Source: Candidatus Krumholzibacteriia bacterium
GTDB lineage: Bacteria > Krumholzibacteriota > Krumholzibacteriia > JAJRXK01
Reading direction: 5' to 3'
Assembly: GCA_041484665.1 (NCBI GenBank)
Contig: JBGPIA010000003.1
Location: forward strand, 250,414 to 314,413
DNA length: 64,000 nucleotides
Shown: in pieces, positions 60,011-64,000 of the stretch
How the letters are laid out: every line of letters starts with the position of its first letter
Position numbering within the stretch: the stretch's first letter is position 1
Notes under the pieces: model-generated
Database searches by the model: none
The model's input: only the letters and a program-made list of their open reading frames with translations
Told to the model about the DNA's origin: nothing
Position numbers and translations under genes: made by a program

Positions 60011-61039
60011 TCAACCGCCGTCCCTGTGGCGACCACGCCCGCCGTACATGCGATCGTAGTAGTCGCGGTAGGCGCCAGAGCGGACCTTCTCCCACCACTG
60101 CCGGTTGTCGAGATACCAGCGCACCGTGCGCTGCAGCCCCTCCTCGAACGACACCGAGGGCTGCCAGCCGAGCTCGTGGCGTATCTTGCTCGCGTCGATC
60201 GCGTAACGGCGGTCGTGGCCGGGGCGGTCGGCGACATGGGTGATGAGCGACGCCGGCTTGGCGAGGATCTGCAGCAGCAGCGCGACGACCTGGACATTCT
60301 CCCGCTCGCTGTTGCCACCGATGTTGTACGTCAGGCCCGGCGTGCCCCCATGCAGCACCTTCTGCAACGCGGCGCAGTGGTCGCGCACGTAGAGCCAGTC
60401 GCGTACCTGGCGCCCGTCGCCGTAGACGGGCAGGGGCTTGTCCTCCAGCGCGTTGCTGATCATGAGTGGGATGAGCTTCTCAGGGAACTGGAATGGGCCG
60501 TAGTTGTTGCTGCAGCGGGTGACGATCACCGGTAGCCCGAACGTATGATGGTACGCGCGGCAGAGCAGATCGGCGGCGGCCTTGCTCGCCGAGTACGGGC
60601 TGTTGGGCGCCAGCGGCGAGTGCTCGGTGAACGAGCCCTGGGCGCCCAGGCTACCGTAGACCTCGTCGGTCGAGACCATCACAAAGCGCTTCAGCTTCAC
60701 CTCTCGAGCGCGCTCGAGCAACACCTGAGTGCCCAGGACGTTGGTGCGCACGAAAACGTCGGGCCCCAGCAGCGAGCGGTCGACGTGGCTCTCGGCCGCG
60801 AAGTGGACGACTGCATCGATCCCTTCCGTGAGTACGGCGGCCACGTCCGCGCGGCTGGCCACATCGCCGCGGACGAAGTGGTAGTGCGCGTCGTGAGAGA
60901 TGTCGGTCAGATTGTCGAGATTACCGGCGTAGGTGAGCGCATCGAGATTCACGATCTCGCAATCGCGCTCGCTGGCGAGCATGTGCAGCACGAAGTTGCT
61001 GCCGATGAATCCAGCGCCACCGGTGACAAGGATCTTCAT
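60011..61039 (-). CDS. rfbB: dTDP-glucose 4,6-dehydratase
   Basis: [30 protein letters not shown] and DRPGHDRRY. Confidence 0.96.
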   Translation of the reverse strand: MKILVTGGAGFIGSNFVLHMLASERDCEIVNLDALTYAGNLDNLTDISHDAHYHFVRGDVASRADVAAVLTEGIDAVVHFAAESHVDRSLLGPDVFVRTNVLGTQVLLERAREVKLKRFVMVSTDEVYGSLGAQGSFTEHSPLAPNSPYSASKAAADLLCRAYHHTFGLPVIVTRCSNNYGPFQFPEKLIPLMISNALEDKPLPVYGDGRQVRDWLYVRDHCAALQKVLHGGTPGLTYNIGGNSERENVQVVALLLQILAKPASLITHVADRPGHDRRYAIDASKIRHELGWQPSVSFEEGLQRTVRWYLDNRQWWEKVRSGAYRDYYDRMYGGRGRHRDGG

Positions 61040-61049
61040 CGCAAGCGCC

Positions 61050-61778
61050 TCAGAGCTTGTTCGCGCCAGTCTGGGACACCAGGTTGTTCGCCCGCAGAAG
61101 GGACTCGAAGGTCCCGGCGTCTGTCCACCAGCCCTCGACCTCGCTCCAGGTCATCGCGCCCCGCTCGATGTAGCAGTTGTTGACGTCGGTGATCTCCAGC
61201 TCGCCGCGGCCGCTCGGCTTCAGCGTCTCGATGATATCGAAGACCTCGTTGTCGTACATGTAGACGCCGACAACGGCGTAGTCGCTCTTGGGGTTCTTGG
61301 GCTTCTCTTCGATGCGTATGACCCGGTCGCCTTCGAGCAGCGGCACGCCGAAGCGCTGCGGGTCGGTTACGTGCTTGAGCAGGATGCGCGCGCCCTTGAC
61401 TTGCTTGCGATAGGCTTCGGCGGCGTGGCTGATGCTCCGCTCGAAGATATTGTCGCCGAGGATGACGCAGATTGGCCCGTCGGCGGCGAAGTGCCGCGCC
61501 AGGCGCAGGGCGTCGGCGATACCGCCCTCGCCTTCCTGATAGGTGTAGTTCATCGTGGGCAGCCCGAACTCGCGGCCGTTGCCCAGCAGCTTGAGGAAGT
61601 CGCCGGCGCTGTTGCCGCCGGTGACCACCAGGATGTCGCGGATACCGGCCGACATCAGCGCTTCGATCGGATAGTAGATCATCGGCTTCTGGTAGACCGG
61701 CAACAGGTGCTTATTGGTCACCTTGGTCAACGGGTAGAGACGAGTGCCGAGCCCGCCGGCGAGGATCACACCCTTCAT
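61050..61778 (-). CDS. rfbA: Glucose-1-phosphate thymidylyltransferase (short form)
   Basis: [27 protein letters not shown] and WTDAGT. Confidence 0.88.
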   Translation of the reverse strand: MKGVILAGGLGTRLYPLTKVTNKHLLPVYQKPMIYYPIEALMSAGIRDILVVTGGNSAGDFLKLLGNGREFGLPTMNYTYQEGEGGIADALRLARHFAADGPICVILGDNIFERSISHAAEAYRKQVKGARILLKHVTDPQRFGVPLLEGDRVIRIEEKPKNPKSDYAVVGVYMYDNEVFDIIETLKPSGRGELEITDVNNCYIERGAMTWSEVEGWWTDAGTFESLLRANNLVSQTGANKL

Positions 61779-61888
61779 GAATCACCTTTCGTGGCTCGTG
61801 GCCGGTAGCTCATGGCACCTGGCGCGCGGCGCGGGGCGGAGGCGGCGGGGGGCGACTGAGCTGCGGCGCTGGGTGCGCAGAGTGTCGG

Positions 61889-62878
61889 TCATGACCGCGT
61901 ACGGCGCGTTCGTGATGCAGGCACGCGATCGCGAGAATGTCTCCGTGCAGCGGTCGCGCGCGGGCGCGACTGCGTTGCGCCCGGTTTCGCTGCGGTACGC
62001 GATTGCCCCGCCGAGGTTTCCTGCGGGCGACCCGTGGAGCGCCCTGCAGCTCGCTCCACGCTCGTCCAAGCGCGGAGCACGGCCTTGGCGCGCGCCGGAT
62101 CGACACCTGCGCCTGCGCGGCCGGCGTGCATCAGCGCACTGCCAATGATGGCACCGTCGACCAGCCGGGCCCACCGCGCGGCGTTGTCCTCGGTCACGCC
62201 ACTGGCGACCAGGAGCGGCGCGTCAGGGAGCGCGGAGCGGATGGGTGCGACCATCCCGAGGTCGGCAGCCTTTGCGGTAGCGGCCCCGGTCAGCAGGATC
62301 GCATCGGCCAGCCCCCGCTCACGCAGGTCCTGCGCCTCGATGGCCAAGGGCCGTTCCACCACCGGTGCGGCGTGCTTCACACGCAGGTCGGCGAGGATGC
62401 GCACATCTGCTCCCAGCGCCGCGCGCAGGCGCAGGGTGCTGGATGCCTTGCCCGTGAGCACGCCCTGATCGGTGGCCATGGCACCAACGTGCACGTTCAC
62501 CCGGAACGCTTGCGCCCCCGCAGCGGCGGCGATCGCGAGTGCCGAGGCCGCGTCGTTGCGTAGGCAGTTCACTGCCAGCACGACGTCGGGGAACCACTCG
62601 TGCAACGTCGCGACTACGCGGGCCATCGCCGCCACCGTGATTGACGGCACGCGGCCGCGATGGAACGGCACGTCGCCGTAGTTCTCCACGACGAGCCCCG
62701 CGAAGCCGGCGCCGACGAGCGCCTGGGCGTCCCCCAGCGCGGCCCGCAGCGGCCGGTCGAAGTCGCCGGCAAACAGCGGGCTACCGGGCAGAGGTTGCAG
62801 GTGGACCATGCCCCAGACCGGTGGTCCCAGCCAGGTGCGCAGTCCTTCGCGCGTGAGCAGTGCAATCGGCGGAGGCAT
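61889..62878 (-). CDS. BtpA/SgcQ-family TIM-barrel protein
   Basis: GMVHL.PLPGSP, ENYGDVPF, NCLRND, TDQG and VKHA. Confidence 0.88.
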   Translation of the reverse strand: MPPPIALLTREGLRTWLGPPVWGMVHLQPLPGSPLFAGDFDRPLRAALGDAQALVGAGFAGLVVENYGDVPFHRGRVPSITVAAMARVVATLHEWFPDVVLAVNCLRNDAASALAIAAAAGAQAFRVNVHVGAMATDQGVLTGKASSTLRLRAALGADVRILADLRVKHAAPVVERPLAIEAQDLRERGLADAILLTGAATAKAADLGMVAPIRSALPDAPLLVASGVTEDNAARWARLVDGAIIGSALMHAGRAGAGVDPARAKAVLRAWTSVERAAGRSTGRPQETSAGQSRTAAKPGATQSRPRATAARRHSRDRVPASRTRRTRS

Positions 62879-63185
62879 CGGCCGCAGAGGCTAGCACACG
62901 CTGCTCGTGCTCGAAACCGCCGCGTGCAAGACCGCCGCGCGCAATCGAACGGGGCAGCGGCAGCGCCCCGGCGCGCGCTGGGTCGTCCCGCCCCAAAACG
63001 GAGGCCCCTTGCCGGCGCGAGCGCTGCGGTCTATCCTCTGCGACCCGGCCAGGAGCGTCGAGTCGGACTCGGCAACTCCCGGACCTAGAACGACTTGCGC
63101 CGTGCTGTGCACCCGGGTGCACAGCGTGCGCCTCCTGCACGTCGCGTCCGCTCCGGATCCTGCGGGCACGCAGCAAGGACCTCCC

Positions 63186-63755
63186 ATGGACCGCCACGCA
63201 GCGAAGGCAGGCTCGATCGAGGTGATCACGGGCGGCATGTTCAGCGGCAAAAGCGAGGAACTCATCCGTCGCCTGCGCCGTGCCGAAATCGCCCGCCAGC
63301 GCGTCCAGATCTTCAAGCCCGGCGTCGACAAGCGCTACGACGAGAACCACATCGTCACCCATAGCGAAATGCGCCTGGCCTCGGTCGCGGTGCAGTCGGC
63401 CGAGGAGCTGCTGCGCAAGGTGGCCGACGACACCGACGTGGTCGGAATCGACGAGGCGCAGTTCTTCGACCCCAAGCTCGTCGACGTCTGCAACGAGCTG
63501 GCCAGCCGGGGCAAGCGTGTGATCGTCGCTGGGCTCGACCTCGACTATCGCGGCAAACCTTTCGAGCCGATGCCGGCCCTGCTGGCCATCGCAGAAGAGA
63601 TCACCAAGCAGCGCGCCATCTGCATGGTGTGTGGCGCGCCAGCCAGCTACACCCAGCGCCTCACCGCGAGCAAGCAGCGCATCGAGGTGGGTGCGAAGGG
63701 CATGTACGAGGCGCGCTGCCGTGCGCACTTCGAGCCTCCGGTCGAGGGGCAGTAG
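63186..63755 (+). CDS. tdk: Thymidine kinase
   Basis: [28 protein letters not shown] and YEARCR. Confidence 0.95.
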   Translation: MDRHAAKAGSIEVITGGMFSGKSEELIRRLRRAEIARQRVQIFKPGVDKRYDENHIVTHSEMRLASVAVQSAEELLRKVADDTDVVGIDEAQFFDPKLVDVCNELASRGKRVIVAGLDLDYRGKPFEPMPALLAIAEEITKQRAICMVCGAPASYTQRLTASKQRIEVGAKGMYEARCRAHFEPPVEGQ

Positions 63756-63923
63756 GCGGGCTTGCCAGGGACGCCCGGACGTCTTCGTGATGGGGCTCCC
63801 TTCGGACTGCAACTTCGTACTGCAGTGTGCCACCGCCGCCGGTGTCCAGCACCCTGCCGTCCCCCGGCCAAGGGGGAGGGCGCCTGTCGTCCGGCGACGA
63901 GACACGCGGTCGGGCATGACCGC

Positions 63924-64000
63924 TCAGGCGCCCGCGCTTTGCCGCGGGCGCCGCGCATCCTTCACGAGGATGGTGTCGCCCCGGTAGATGCGGGCGGGGC
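63924..64000 (-). CDS. 3' end of a gene truncated by the window edge, possibly with a C-terminal LysM
   Basis: Manual translation ..PARIYRGDTILVKDARRPRQSAGA*; IYxGxxI resembles the end of a LysM domain. Confidence 0.4.
   Translation of the reverse strand, partial: PARIYRGDTILVKDARRPRQSAGA

Noticed and set aside
61800..61827. ops-like GCCGGTAGC and a TGGCAC-N-GC motif upstream of rfbA
   Set aside because: Both are on the plus strand, opposite to the rfb and btpA genes, and the matches are weak.

Overview
GC-rich bacterial chromosomal window, densely coding and mostly housekeeping or metabolic: rlmN, eno-ftsB-tRNA-fMet, gdhA, M1 aminopeptidase, ispG, UbiD, larE-larB-larC, thrC-like, icmF, mutY, acyl-CoA synthetase, a second Glu/Leu/Phe/Val dehydrogenase, CCA-adding enzyme, rfbA/rfbB, btpA-like and tdk. 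A FlgD-Ig-type C-terminal domain and the gene content suggest an FCB-related candidate phylum such as Eisenbacteria, Krumholzibacteriota or Latescibacterota (inference only). No transposase, integrase, CRISPR array or rRNA was seen. The strongest candidate for an undescribed system is at about 1-6470 on the minus strand. It comprises a small secreted Gly/Pro-rich pre-peptide (GDPDD core), a large TPR-GAF-like-AAA+(GAFTGA)-HTH sigma54 activator, and two 19-bp palindromic enhancer-like sites. An IHF-like site and a -24/-12 promoter then precede an unannotated ~385-nt, highly base-paired and pseudoknotted non-coding RNA with its own terminator. A second sigma54 promoter precedes a lipoprotein and a DUF4384-like CxxCH protein. 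Other notable items are two separate loci pairing a glutamate dehydrogenase with PEP-synthase-like proteins that lack the pyruvate-binding barrel, and an orphan PAAR-LysM-PG-binding fusion. All base pairings, motifs and coordinates were read by eye; no database searches or folding programs were run.
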